From Armatimonadota bacterium (GTDB taxonomy: Bacteria > Armatimonadota > UBA5829 > DTLH01): a DNA stretch of 64,000 bases. A program made the position numbers and the translations under genes. Where the stretch lies: assembly GCA_039680575.1 (NCBI GenBank), contig JBDKSP010000024.1, positions 1 through 64,000 of the forward strand, in the 5' to 3' direction. The notes beneath the pieces are model-generated. The model searched no databases, was not told where the DNA came from, and saw nothing but the letters and a program-made list of their open reading frames with translations. This document shows positions 41,370 through 50,215 of this stretch, in pieces; position 1 is the first letter of the stretch; each line of letters starts with the position of its first letter.

Positions 41370-43886
41370 TTATGCTGCTTTGTCTATATGCTGCTCATCG
41401 CTGATGGAGCCCATTTTCAGGCTTTCGACCAGCGCTTCTACTATATCGGATGAATAGTGCGTGCCCACGCATCGCCTAAGTTCCGCGATGGCTTCATCTG
41501 TAGTCATCCTGGACCTGAACGACCGGTCGCTCGTCATTGCCTCGAAGGCGTCCGCTACCGTTATGATCCTTGACAGGAACGGTATAGCCTCTCCCTGCAG
41601 GCCGTCGGGATAACCATTGCCGTCCAGTCGCTCATGATGATGCCGTACTATCGTTGCGATGTAGGACAATTCCTCTATGGAACCGACAATCTGGCTCCCA
41701 ACGGACGGGTGACGCTGCATAGCGTTCCATTCCGAGTCGGAAAGCGCTCCGGGCTTGTTCATCGCACTGTCAGGGAGCGACAGCTTGCCTATATCGTGGA
41801 GTCTCGCGGCGAGTTCCAGCGTGTACCGTTCTTCGGATGGAAGCCCCAGGGCATCGGCTATTGCAAGCGAGATGTGAGTTACCCTTGTCGTGTGCCCCGC
41901 AGTATTTCGATCTCTCGCGTCGATGGCTGCGACCAGCGCGTCTATAGCTTGAAGTAGTATGCCTGTACTTCGTTCGAGCAGCATCTGCCGCTCTATGCGC
42001 TTCCGCTCCAGGTTTCGTTCTATGACCACCGGAAGTTCGTTTTCGTTGAAAGGCTCCACGAGTAAGTCGGTTACGCCATGCTGCATCGCTTCCCGCGCGA
42101 TGTTTGCCATGGAAGGAGCGGTAGTCAGCACGATAGGCATCATCGGATGGATACTCGATGCAAGCCCAAGGACTTTCAGTCCTTCAGTCCCCAGTATCAA
42201 CGTGTCCGACAGCATAATATCGAATTTGCGGCTTCTCAAGAGCTCTATGGCTTCACGTGTAGATGAAGCCTTGTGCAGATCATAACCGCATTCCAAGAGA
42301 GCCTTTTCCATCGCCTGGCGGGCATCTTCGTCCGTATCCACCATCAATACACTGACAGCCCGGGATTCTGATGACACAGATTCTACCCGGCTGGAGGTCT
42401 CATTCGGGGCAGCCCACAGGCTTACCCTGTTTCGTCCTGTCAGCTTGGAGTGATACAGCGCCCGGTCAGCTTTTTCCAGTACCTCGTTTGATGTGACCCC
42501 GTCTGTAGGGCATTCGGCGACACCGGCTGAGATCGTCAGCTTACCGTTTGGAAACTGGAAGGAGTCTATCGACTTTCTAATGCGCTCAAGCGCCATTCGA
42601 GCATACGATTTAGGCGTGTGAGGCAGGATGATCGTAAACTCCTCTCCGCCGTATCTGGCTGCCAGGTCACTCTCCCGCAGTTCTGCCTGGATCAATCGAG
42701 CGATATGCTGCAGCGCCAGGTCGCCTTCCTGGTGGCCGTATGCGTCGTTATAAGCTTTGAAATGGTCCACATCGAGCATTGCGAGCGAGAATGACTCGCC
42801 GTAGCGGCCGACTCTATGGACGGCTTCAGAGATTCTTTGATGAAACGCCCTGTGGTTTGCAAGTCCCGTCAATCCATCCTGGATTGCCTGCTGTTTCAAC
42901 TTCTTGTTGACTTCCTCTAGCTCACCGATGAGCGACCTGGACTGTTCCAGAAGCATAGAATAGTTAAGCGCGACGGCTGCATCCAGCGCAAGCATCCGGC
43001 AGAGTTCCGGCCTCAGTTCTTCGCCTGCGCCTGGCCGTCTGAAAAGCGCCATCAGCATGCCGATAGGGCGTCCTCTATGGCTCAACTGCATTCCAAAGAT
43101 GCTTCTGGTATTTATATCGAGGATCAACCTCCGGAAAGGATTGTCTTCGGGCAGAGTCTTTATATCGTTGATTATAAGCGGCTTCTGCATCCCGATCGCT
43201 TCGAGGAGCGCCGCACGCTGTTTCTCGAATTTCGGCTCGACGAATGAAACGGGAATGCCGACTGCCCCGGCACAACTGACGGCGGACTGGTCTTCATTGA
43301 ACAGGTAGAGGACCATCCCATCGGAGGTGAGTACCTCGCTTCCTGCTTCGAGCACTGAGGCGATGACTTTGTCCCGGCTTTCCTCCAGCCGGATTTTGTC
43401 CGTAATCCTTGAAAGCCACTTGAGTTCATGGGCTTCCTGTGTCAGGTCCGCAATGAGTCTGTCGCGCTCATAAGAGACTGCGGCAAGATCGGCGAGGGAT
43501 TGAGCTATCGGAAGGATGGAGTTTGAATACTTTCTGGCGGTACTGCCGAGTATCATTACACCGGATGCTTGAGCTCCGACCATAATCGGCACTCCGAGGG
43601 CTGTGCAGGCTCCGCAGGCTTCCATAAGTGACCTGATAGGCGCTTCGAGCTTGGTCAGATCACGCTGCAGCGAGCTTTCGCCAGTCATCACGATACCGCC
43701 GCAAAAGTTTTCCTCGCTGATAGGGACCGATAGCCCCAGCATCCCTCTGATGCTGAGATTGTGACCTCCCGTAAGCCTGAGCACACTGTCCTGCCGGTCG
43801 GCTATCATCACCACTGCAACATCCGACATTGTAGTTTCAACTGCTGCTTTTGCCAATCGGTTAAGCAGGCTATCTGTAACCAGCAT
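41370..43886 (-). CDS. GAF-GAF-GGDEF-REC-HD-GYP c-di-GMP enzyme
   Basis: DVDHFKAYND, RESD I-site, RYGGEEF; REC domain; HDIGK and HHERLDGNGYP; AGGAG RBS before ATG 43886. Confidence 0.92.
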   Translation of the reverse strand: MLVTDSLLNRLAKAAVETTMSDVAVVMIADRQDSVLRLTGGHNLSIRGMLGLSVPISEENFCGGIVMTGESSLQRDLTKLEAPIRSLMEACGACTALGVPIMVGAQASGVMILGSTARKYSNSILPIAQSLADLAAVSYERDRLIADLTQEAHELKWLSRITDKIRLEESRDKVIASVLEAGSEVLTSDGMVLYLFNEDQSAVSCAGAVGIPVSFVEPKFEKQRAALLEAIGMQKPLIINDIKTLPEDNPFRRLILDINTRSIFGMQLSHRGRPIGMLMALFRRPGAGEELRPELCRMLALDAAVALNYSMLLEQSRSLIGELEEVNKKLKQQAIQDGLTGLANHRAFHQRISEAVHRVGRYGESFSLAMLDVDHFKAYNDAYGHQEGDLALQHIARLIQAELRESDLAARYGGEEFTIILPHTPKSYARMALERIRKSIDSFQFPNGKLTISAGVAECPTDGVTSNEVLEKADRALYHSKLTGRNRVSLWAAPNETSSRVESVSSESRAVSVLMVDTDEDARQAMEKALLECGYDLHKASSTREAIELLRSRKFDIMLSDTLILGTEGLKVLGLASSIHPMMPIVLTTAPSMANIAREAMQHGVTDLLVEPFNENELPVVIERNLERKRIERQMLLERSTGILLQAIDALVAAIDARDRNTAGHTTRVTHISLAIADALGLPSEERYTLELAARLHDIGKLSLPDSAMNKPGALSDSEWNAMQRHPSVGSQIVGSIEELSYIATIVRHHHERLDGNGYPDGLQGEAIPFLSRIITVADAFEAMTSDRSFRSRMTTDEAIAELRRCVGTHYSSDIVEALVESLKMGSISDEQHIDKAA

Positions 43887-44118
43887 GAAGGACTTCTCCT
43901 TGCCCGTCTCGTAGAGTGTTGTCGGGAGCGTGGCCAGGATATCGCCGCGATGCCCGCAGCCGCAGACAGGCTGTGACAAGGGCCGCAGCGGTAATGCCGC
44001 CGACTGTAAGCGCCAGTATCAAATTTATTGGAGCGCCGGAGTATATTCCCGCCACGAAGATAGCGAGAATTCCTGATCCGACAAATATTGCTCCGGGAAA
44101 CCAATTATTCATCATCAT
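43870..44118 (-). CDS. Small two-TM membrane protein coupled to the GGDEF/HD-GYP gene
   Basis: Two hydrophobic helices; 3' end overlaps the downstream start. Confidence 0.55.
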   Translation of the reverse strand: MMMNNWFPGAIFVGSGILAIFVAGIYSGAPINLILALTVGGITAAALVTACLRLRASRRYPGHAPDNTLRDGQGEVLHAGYR

Positions 44119-44121
44119 CCA

Positions 44122-44149
44122 TTATCGGCAGAAGACCACCATAGTTGTA
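44122..44149 (-). promoter_or_regulatory. Sigma28-like promoter
   Basis: ACAA-N15-GCCGATAA. Confidence 0.5.
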
Positions 44150-44163
44150 ATATTTTGTGATAT

Positions 44164-44219
44164 GGGTAGTAGCAAATATGCTTTGTGTTACGGGTAGTAG
44201 CAAATATGCTTCGTGTTTC
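44164..44219. repeat. Tandem 28-bp direct repeat
   Basis: GGGTAGTAGCAAATATGCTT(T/C)GTGTT(A/T)C x2. Confidence 0.85.
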
Positions 44220-44258
44220 GTGGTACGTGTAGCAGCAGATAGGATAGAGGTTAAAATC

Positions 44259-45371
44259 ATGGGATCATCCAGGGAAAGTATAGTAAATGAATCCGAGCTT
44301 TTGGCCGTAAACGATGCTGAGTGGCAGATGCTTCTCAAGGAAGGCGCCGCGCGCGAAGCGCTGCTCCAGGAGAAGCTGGACGGCGGACGGGTGAGGTGCA
44401 ATATCTGCCAGCGGCGGTGCAGCATCCCGGAGGGCAAGTCTGGCTTCTGCATGACCAAGGTGAATGTCGGTGGTACGCTCTACACGACCATCTACGGGGT
44501 CATTTCCTCCGCTTCTGCCGACCCGATCGAGAAAAAGCCCGTGTTTCACTACAAACCCGGCAGCCTCTGCTATTCTGTCGGTACTCTTGGCTGCAACTTC
44601 AGGTGTCTTTTCTGCCAGAACTGGCAGATATCGTTCGCGGACGCCGTTCAGCCGAGTGGAATGTGCCAGTACGGGTTCATGCCGGAGGATTTTGTCCGCG
44701 CGGCTCAGGAGTCTGGAAGCGAAGTCGTAGCATGGACCTATAATGAGCCGGGTATATGGCTGAATTACACCCTGGACTGCGCGAAGCTCGCAAAATCAGC
44801 CGGGCTCCACACTGTCTATGTCACGAACGGTTACGCTACAAAAGAGCATATCGACACTATCGGCCCGTATCTCGATGTATACCGTGTAGACATCAAGAGC
44901 ATGCTAGATGAGTTCTATCGGAAATTGATAAAGGTTCCGTCAGTCAGCGGAATTCTTGAGATGGCGAAACACGCTAAGAACAAATGGGGGATGCATGTAG
45001 AGTGCGTGACCAACATCATTCCGACATGGAACGATTCCGAGGATAATCTGAGGCAGATTGCCCGTTGGATAGCCGATAATTTGGGGTATCTGACCCCGTG
45101 GCACGTCACACGGTTCTTCCCTTACGCAAAACTGCAGGATGTGCCTTCCACACCGCCTGAAACGCTTCATCGCGCGGTCAGAATAGGCCGGGAAGAAGGG
45201 CTGAAGTTCGTTTACCTGGGAAATATGCCCACAGATACCGGTGAAAACACATATTGCTACACCGATGGCACTCTCGCGGTCGAGCGGGCGGGATATTCAA
45301 CAAAAATCCTCGCTGTAACTCCCAAAGGAAGGTGCGCGACAGACGGAACAGAGCTGAATATAAAGATGTAA
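44259..45371 (+). CDS. amrS: AmmeMemoRadiSam system radical SAM enzyme
   Basis: CNICQRRC..GFC, DPIEKKP, CNFRCLFC, TYNEP, WHVTRFFP. Confidence 0.88.
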   Translation: MGSSRESIVNESELLAVNDAEWQMLLKEGAAREALLQEKLDGGRVRCNICQRRCSIPEGKSGFCMTKVNVGGTLYTTIYGVISSASADPIEKKPVFHYKPGSLCYSVGTLGCNFRCLFCQNWQISFADAVQPSGMCQYGFMPEDFVRAAQESGSEVVAWTYNEPGIWLNYTLDCAKLAKSAGLHTVYVTNGYATKEHIDTIGPYLDVYRVDIKSMLDEFYRKLIKVPSVSGILEMAKHAKNKWGMHVECVTNIIPTWNDSEDNLRQIARWIADNLGYLTPWHVTRFFPYAKLQDVPSTPPETLHRAVRIGREEGLKFVYLGNMPTDTGENTYCYTDGTLAVERAGYSTKILAVTPKGRCATDGTELNIKM

Positions 45372-45505
45372 CTTTGGGAGCATTCCGCACCATCGTGTTG
45401 AATATCAAAACCACCATTATTCGGGATTCCGGGTTTTCCTTGACCCGCTTATGCTCCCGTGGTAGAATTGAGCCGCAATAATGCCCTCTTTATGGGAGAC
45501 TGTTC

Positions 45506-46138
45506 ATGAATCCGGAACTTCTGACGCTTCGCAGATCGACTGTAGGACTGCTCTATTCCCCTCGGGGACTGCATCCTGCGGAGGTTAACCACATTTACGC
45601 GAATATTACCGAGCGTTATCCTTATCAGTCACTTCAACACCTGCCTGATGGTGCTAGAATGGCCAATCCTGACAATGACTGCTTCATCCAGCAGAGCCGG
45701 ATACAGATAAATGAATCTGTAATGCACTTCCAGGCGACAATGGAGAAGTGTATGGATATGCTGGAGATAATTCAGAGCCACTTGAACATTCCGCAGTTTA
45801 TGACTCTTGGTATCAAGCTGACGGCATTCGTGCCGATGAACGAAGCCCCGCGTGCGGCGCAGTATATTGAGGACAAAATGCTCCCGAATATGTCCGATAA
45901 GCTGGAAATACTCGGTCCGGGCAGGCAGGGGGCCGGTATAAGGCTGGTCCTCCATCACGAAGGCATACATGAGATAAAGATCGAGCCGTTCTTCAACGAC
46001 CTCTCGCAGATTTATGTGGAACTGGATGTGCAGCACCCGGAACCGTTTACGGGCCTTTCCAATGTTGAGCGAAAGATGGAATCAGCTTACAACTATCTCT
46101 TCGGTGAGGTCAAAGATTTTCTTGTCTCATTCTCCTAA
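45506..46138 (+). CDS. Hypothetical protein
   Basis: 210-aa ORF with GGGAG RBS and TTGACC-N17-TAGAAT promoter. Confidence 0.7.
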   Translation: MNPELLTLRRSTVGLLYSPRGLHPAEVNHIYANITERYPYQSLQHLPDGARMANPDNDCFIQQSRIQINESVMHFQATMEKCMDMLEIIQSHLNIPQFMTLGIKLTAFVPMNEAPRAAQYIEDKMLPNMSDKLEILGPGRQGAGIRLVLHHEGIHEIKIEPFFNDLSQIYVELDVQHPEPFTGLSNVERKMESAYNYLFGEVKDFLVSFS

Positions 46139-46255
46139 AGAGTTTTGGGTGAAACGATATTCATTACTCATTCATCAATTGCCGGGAGATTGAGATCCTT
46201 CGCCTACGGCTCAGGATGACAACCCGCTCACGCTATTTATCCCACTGATTTTGTC

Positions 46256-46933
46256 CTACATAGATGGTGCGATTACTGATTCGGGTGTGCCGATAACCCG
46301 CTGGCCCAGGAGCGAACGGATTGCATGGTTCACGACCTGGTAATCAAGCGTCCCGGAGATGATTACTTTATCCCCGTCGTCATTTTGTATGGCCAGGGTA
46401 GGGGTAATGTAGATACATCTCTCATTGGCCTCGATAGCGTCATCCGCGACTTCTTTCTCAAGCTGTTGCGCGTTTTCGGTCATATCTACATAGAACTGGT
46501 CCACATCGAGTGCTGCTTTGGCTGCAATGCTCTTGAGAACATCCAAATCGGATGGGTTTTTGCGATCGACAAGTACCGTTTCACGCAGGATATGGATGAA
46601 TTTGTTACCTTTATCCAGCCCCTGCCTGAGCGCCGCTTTCATCGCTCGATTAGCAGGCCAACTTGAGTGTGGAGGGTTCTCCTGCCAGAGTGACGGATCA
46701 ATCTTTACGCCTGTTTTTAGAGAGATTTCCGTCCACTCCTGCTGCATCTCCTGGGGAGTGCGGTATTTTTCTCCTTTTTTTGGTTGGCCGGTGATCTTGT
46801 CCAGGATCGGCAGCGATCGGAATCGGAAGTCCACATTGTCCCGATGTTCGCTGAGAAGTGACTGAACGGTCGGCTCCGACACGTAACTCCAGGCACAGAT
46901 AGGATCGGTGAAGTACTCAACACTGACTTTCAA
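46256..46933 (-). CDS. DsbA/FrnE/YjbH-like thioredoxin-fold protein
   Basis: YFTDPICAWSY (CxxS), SSWPANRA, cis-Pro TPTL. Confidence 0.8.
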   Translation of the reverse strand: MKVSVEYFTDPICAWSYVSEPTVQSLLSEHRDNVDFRFRSLPILDKITGQPKKGEKYRTPQEMQQEWTEISLKTGVKIDPSLWQENPPHSSWPANRAMKAALRQGLDKGNKFIHILRETVLVDRKNPSDLDVLKSIAAKAALDVDQFYVDMTENAQQLEKEVADDAIEANERCIYITPTLAIQNDDGDKVIISGTLDYQVVNHAIRSLLGQRVIGTPESVIAPSM

Positions 46934-47033
46934 TTTGGCTTCACTCCCTTAACTTTGGGTTGGAGTCATATTACCCTGGGGCGAAGAAGAGAAAACGCGG
47001 GCGATGCAGCATTTCGCGTCGGTTTACATCGAA

Positions 47034-47303
47034 CTACGCCAGCGTTAGGAACAGCTTCATGGCTTCTTCCATACCCTTTTCGCTGTCATGATCGCCGTTG
47101 TGCTTCTTCTTTTCCATGCATTCCTGCATCTGGTTTGTGAGGATAAGGAACCCCACTTTGTCTAGAGCTTTTCGAGCGGCAGCAAGCTGTTGTACTAATT
47201 CCGTACAGTCTTTGTTTTCTTCCAACAGGCGTTGCAGCCCGCGAATCTGGCCTTCTGCACGTTTTAACCTGTTCATAATATCGGAATCTACACCATTCGC
47301 CAT
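47034..47303 (-). CDS. CsoR/RcnR/CstR family repressor
   Basis: NRLKRAEGQIRGLQRLL, DC..QQLAA, QMQEC; GGAGG RBS. Confidence 0.88.
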   Translation of the reverse strand: MANGVDSDIMNRLKRAEGQIRGLQRLLEENKDCTELVQQLAAARKALDKVGFLILTNQMQECMEKKKHNGDHDSEKGMEEAMKLFLTLA

Positions 47304-47313
47304 GTCGCCTCCA

Positions 47314-47329
47314 ATACTATAGGGAGTAT
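47314..47329. promoter_or_regulatory. CsoR-family operator
   Basis: ATACTATAGGGAGTAT: TAC/GTA ends around a G-tract, just upstream of the repressor RBS. Confidence 0.6.
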
Positions 47330-47563
47330 CGTATAGCATATGTTATCCACCATGCGGTCGATCTTAATCATTATTGCTTTATTGCTGGGCAGCTATACCA
47401 TTGGCTGTGGAATAGCGTCGTGGCTCAGAAGCATAAGAGTATCGGCATCCACTATCCGTCATTTTGAAACGCGAATTACGCGGATTTAGCGGATTTCGCG
47501 AATGGTGGAGACCTAAAGCATCTACAATAAGACTCTCAAGTCTCCATAAATCCCTTTTTACTT

Positions 47564-47828
47564 TGCTTCGGACCGCTTGCTCTCGCATCATCTAAAGTTT
47601 CAGTTGTGAATAGCAACTGAAACCCTCCGGAGGATTTTCGGCCATAGCCGAAAATCTATAGATGATGCTGCCGCGACAGCGCTTTCAAAGAAGGCGCGAT
47701 AGCTGCCGAAGCCGACGCCGTAGGTGTCGAGTTTCGTGTCTTTTGCGCTTCTTCGCGCATTTCGCGATTCAGAATGCCTTAAGGTCGCTTTTCTATCGAC
47801 ATTTCTATGCTGCGGTCCCGAAGCATAA
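47564..47828. repeat. Nested repeat block bounded by TGCTTCGG(G)ACCGC inverted repeats
   Basis: Inverted ends at 47564-47576 and 47812-47825 enclose the two-hairpin element (47595-47660). Confidence 0.55.
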
Positions 47829-47848
47829 AGGGTGACGTGTTTTCGGTT

Positions 47849-49858
47849 CTACGGCCAGAACTCGTATGCCCTGAACCCGCCGAATATTCCGTACAGTGTC
47901 CAGAATCCGCCGGTTACCATTTCCCCCAGAATGAGCCCGAGGAAGAACGGAACGAACCGCTGGTAAGCGCTGCGGCCTCCGAACTTCATCAACAGGAACT
48001 TTATCGTGCTTCCGATTAGGACCGGCAGCCACAGTTGCGACATTCCCCAGCTGTTTGCAACTGCGTAAGCCAGAGGATAGAACGGGAACCAGATAAACTT
48101 CATCCTCATCCAGTTGAGGAACCAGGCAAATCCGAACCCGATACCGACGAACTCCAGTGATGTTGTGTTGGTAGGAGTCGGGTTGGACAGCCATTTCGTC
48201 AGGTTCTGGACAGCTTCCTGCCCAAGCCCAGTTGCCCAGTTCTGCACTTTTGCTGTGCCTGCTCCGTAATGGAAGTAATTGTGCAATATCATCCAGAATC
48301 CGATGGGCATTGCGACAGCGGATGCTATTACACACACATAGAACATCTCTTTTGCTGAGGATTTCATACGCTCACCCATCTTGAACCCCTCGAGCTGATG
48401 GGGCATCGGGTGGCTTGCGTATGTCCTGTTGAACCAGAAGAACGACATAAATCCCATAAGGTTGTTCGGGCCGAGTGACTCGCTCGGGACAGCCGTAAGC
48501 ATAAGGTTCTGAGGTCCCATTACGTGCATATCGTGGACAGGGAAACCTAACTGCGCTCGTATTCTGGTGACTGTTATAGCGAGTGCAAAATAGACTAAGA
48601 AGAAGACAATTATGACAATAGGGGAGAAGCCTATGAAATAGGCGAACAACGATATGGTCAGGAAACCAGCGACCGCACCCAGTATCGCCGTGCGATATTT
48701 AACAGGTTCATTCGATTCATCGATCACTTTGGTCTTCGTGAACGCAGTCTGCCATACGTTTTTCAGATAGTGTCTGCCCGACCACAGCGTAAGCACACAT
48801 ACGGCCATATATGCGCCGAATGCCTGGCTGCTTGTGCAGGGATATGTGTTGTCGAACCCTCCTCCCGCGATGCTTACCTGGTTCCAACCCGCAGCGGTGG
48901 ACACTACCAGTTCGATCTTGTGCAAAAGGAAGAAGAACCAGCATGAGAACGACAGATCGAGCGGCATCAGAAACGCGAGGCCTATCGCAAACATATAAAA
49001 CGCTCTGTTGAACTGTCCGATCCCATTCCATGGCGGGGTGGTAAAATACTGCGACATATCGACCCTTTTGATCGGCAGTGCAGGGATGGAGGGAAACAGG
49101 CAATTCAGTCCGTTCAGGAAGGTTATGCCTGCAGCAATAGCAAAGCCGGCTCGCATATAAGGATTGCGCCAGAACCCGGTCTCGCCTCCATTCACCATCT
49201 CGAGAGGCAGTTGGACGATCGGGAAGGTCAGTTTTTCGGACTCGATCCAGTGTTTTCTGAAGATGCTGTTTATGCAAAGCATCGTGAAGAGGAGTGCAAA
49301 GCAGAACCCGGACCATGCTGCCGCAGGCAAGGCCCAAGGACGCCAGTTTTGCGGCAAATAGAGCGACGATCCACCCATATAAAGGTTCGTAAGCGAGTTT
49401 CGGTCCGATACGAAGAGCCATGACGGCAGGTCCTTTCCGAAAAGTTCGTGCCAGTTGTTCTCAGGTGTAGCGAACCACGTCGGATAGCCCATCATGGACA
49501 CCAGGATCTGCATCATGTTGTGAGAACAGACAGCCGAACCTATGGATACCATCACGTAAATTGCAAGGAGTTCCGTCCGGGCAAGGGCTATTCTGGGGAA
49601 TATGCGTCGGACCGGCATATTCAGGAGAATAAGCACAAAAAGCGTGATAATAGCGTTCCAGAAGGGCGCAGCGTAGGTCGGGAAGATGTACCTTACAACT
49701 TCCATCTGGGTAAGCCAGTAATCGTTTACTATTATGAGTAAGATCGCCAGGATGACTACCCGGGGGGTAAGAAACGCTCGCCTTTCTTTCGGCTGCGCCT
49801 GCTTTGTACTCTTTACACTCTTCTTGGATGACTTTTGATTTTGGAGGGATCCGTCCAA
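47849..49858 (-). CDS. Polytopic membrane protein, DUF6785/DUF6784-like putative transporter
   Basis: Many TM helices; EKLTFPIVQLP, RIRAQLG, PFFLGLILGE; GAGG before TTG. Confidence 0.7.
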   Translation of the reverse strand: MDGSLQNQKSSKKSVKSTKQAQPKERRAFLTPRVVILAILLIIVNDYWLTQMEVVRYIFPTYAAPFWNAIITLFVLILLNMPVRRIFPRIALARTELLAIYVMVSIGSAVCSHNMMQILVSMMGYPTWFATPENNWHELFGKDLPSWLFVSDRNSLTNLYMGGSSLYLPQNWRPWALPAAAWSGFCFALLFTMLCINSIFRKHWIESEKLTFPIVQLPLEMVNGGETGFWRNPYMRAGFAIAAGITFLNGLNCLFPSIPALPIKRVDMSQYFTTPPWNGIGQFNRAFYMFAIGLAFLMPLDLSFSCWFFFLLHKIELVVSTAAGWNQVSIAGGGFDNTYPCTSSQAFGAYMAVCVLTLWSGRHYLKNVWQTAFTKTKVIDESNEPVKYRTAILGAVAGFLTISLFAYFIGFSPIVIIVFFLVYFALAITVTRIRAQLGFPVHDMHVMGPQNLMLTAVPSESLGPNNLMGFMSFFWFNRTYASHPMPHQLEGFKMGERMKSSAKEMFYVCVIASAVAMPIGFWMILHNYFHYGAGTAKVQNWATGLGQEAVQNLTKWLSNPTPTNTTSLEFVGIGFGFAWFLNWMRMKFIWFPFYPLAYAVANSWGMSQLWLPVLIGSTIKFLLMKFGGRSAYQRFVPFFLGLILGEMVTGGFWTLYGIFGGFRAYEFWP

Positions 49859-50215
49859 TTGTAACCTCATTAAATTAATAACTGGGATTTCCATGTGATG
49901 AGTCAACATGATGGCATGTGCTTGTCTTGTGCTCACCTGAAAGTCCGGGAGGATTTTGGGCTGGTAATAAAGACTTGTTTGATCTTTAGATGATTAGCCA
50001 AAACCTACTATTATTAATTATACTTCAGCCTGTTATTTCCTGCAAAGATTCGGTTCGTAATCTTAATTTAAGGTTGATGGGGCAGCTCTTGCGTTCAGGC
50101 GTGCGAAAGTGTTATAAATGAATTGCCGGATGCAGAGTCGCAGCGGCCGCTCGAGTGGTTAAGCGGGCGCGTTTTTATACATCCACGATCAGACTACTTT
50201 AAGGATTTCAAAATT

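Noticed and set aside
43870..44118. Frameshift joining the small TM ORF to the GGDEF gene
   Set aside because: The downstream gene has its own AGGAG + ATG at 43886; an ordinary overlap explains it.
44164..44219. Possible CRISPR array
   Set aside because: Two abutting repeats without a spacer.
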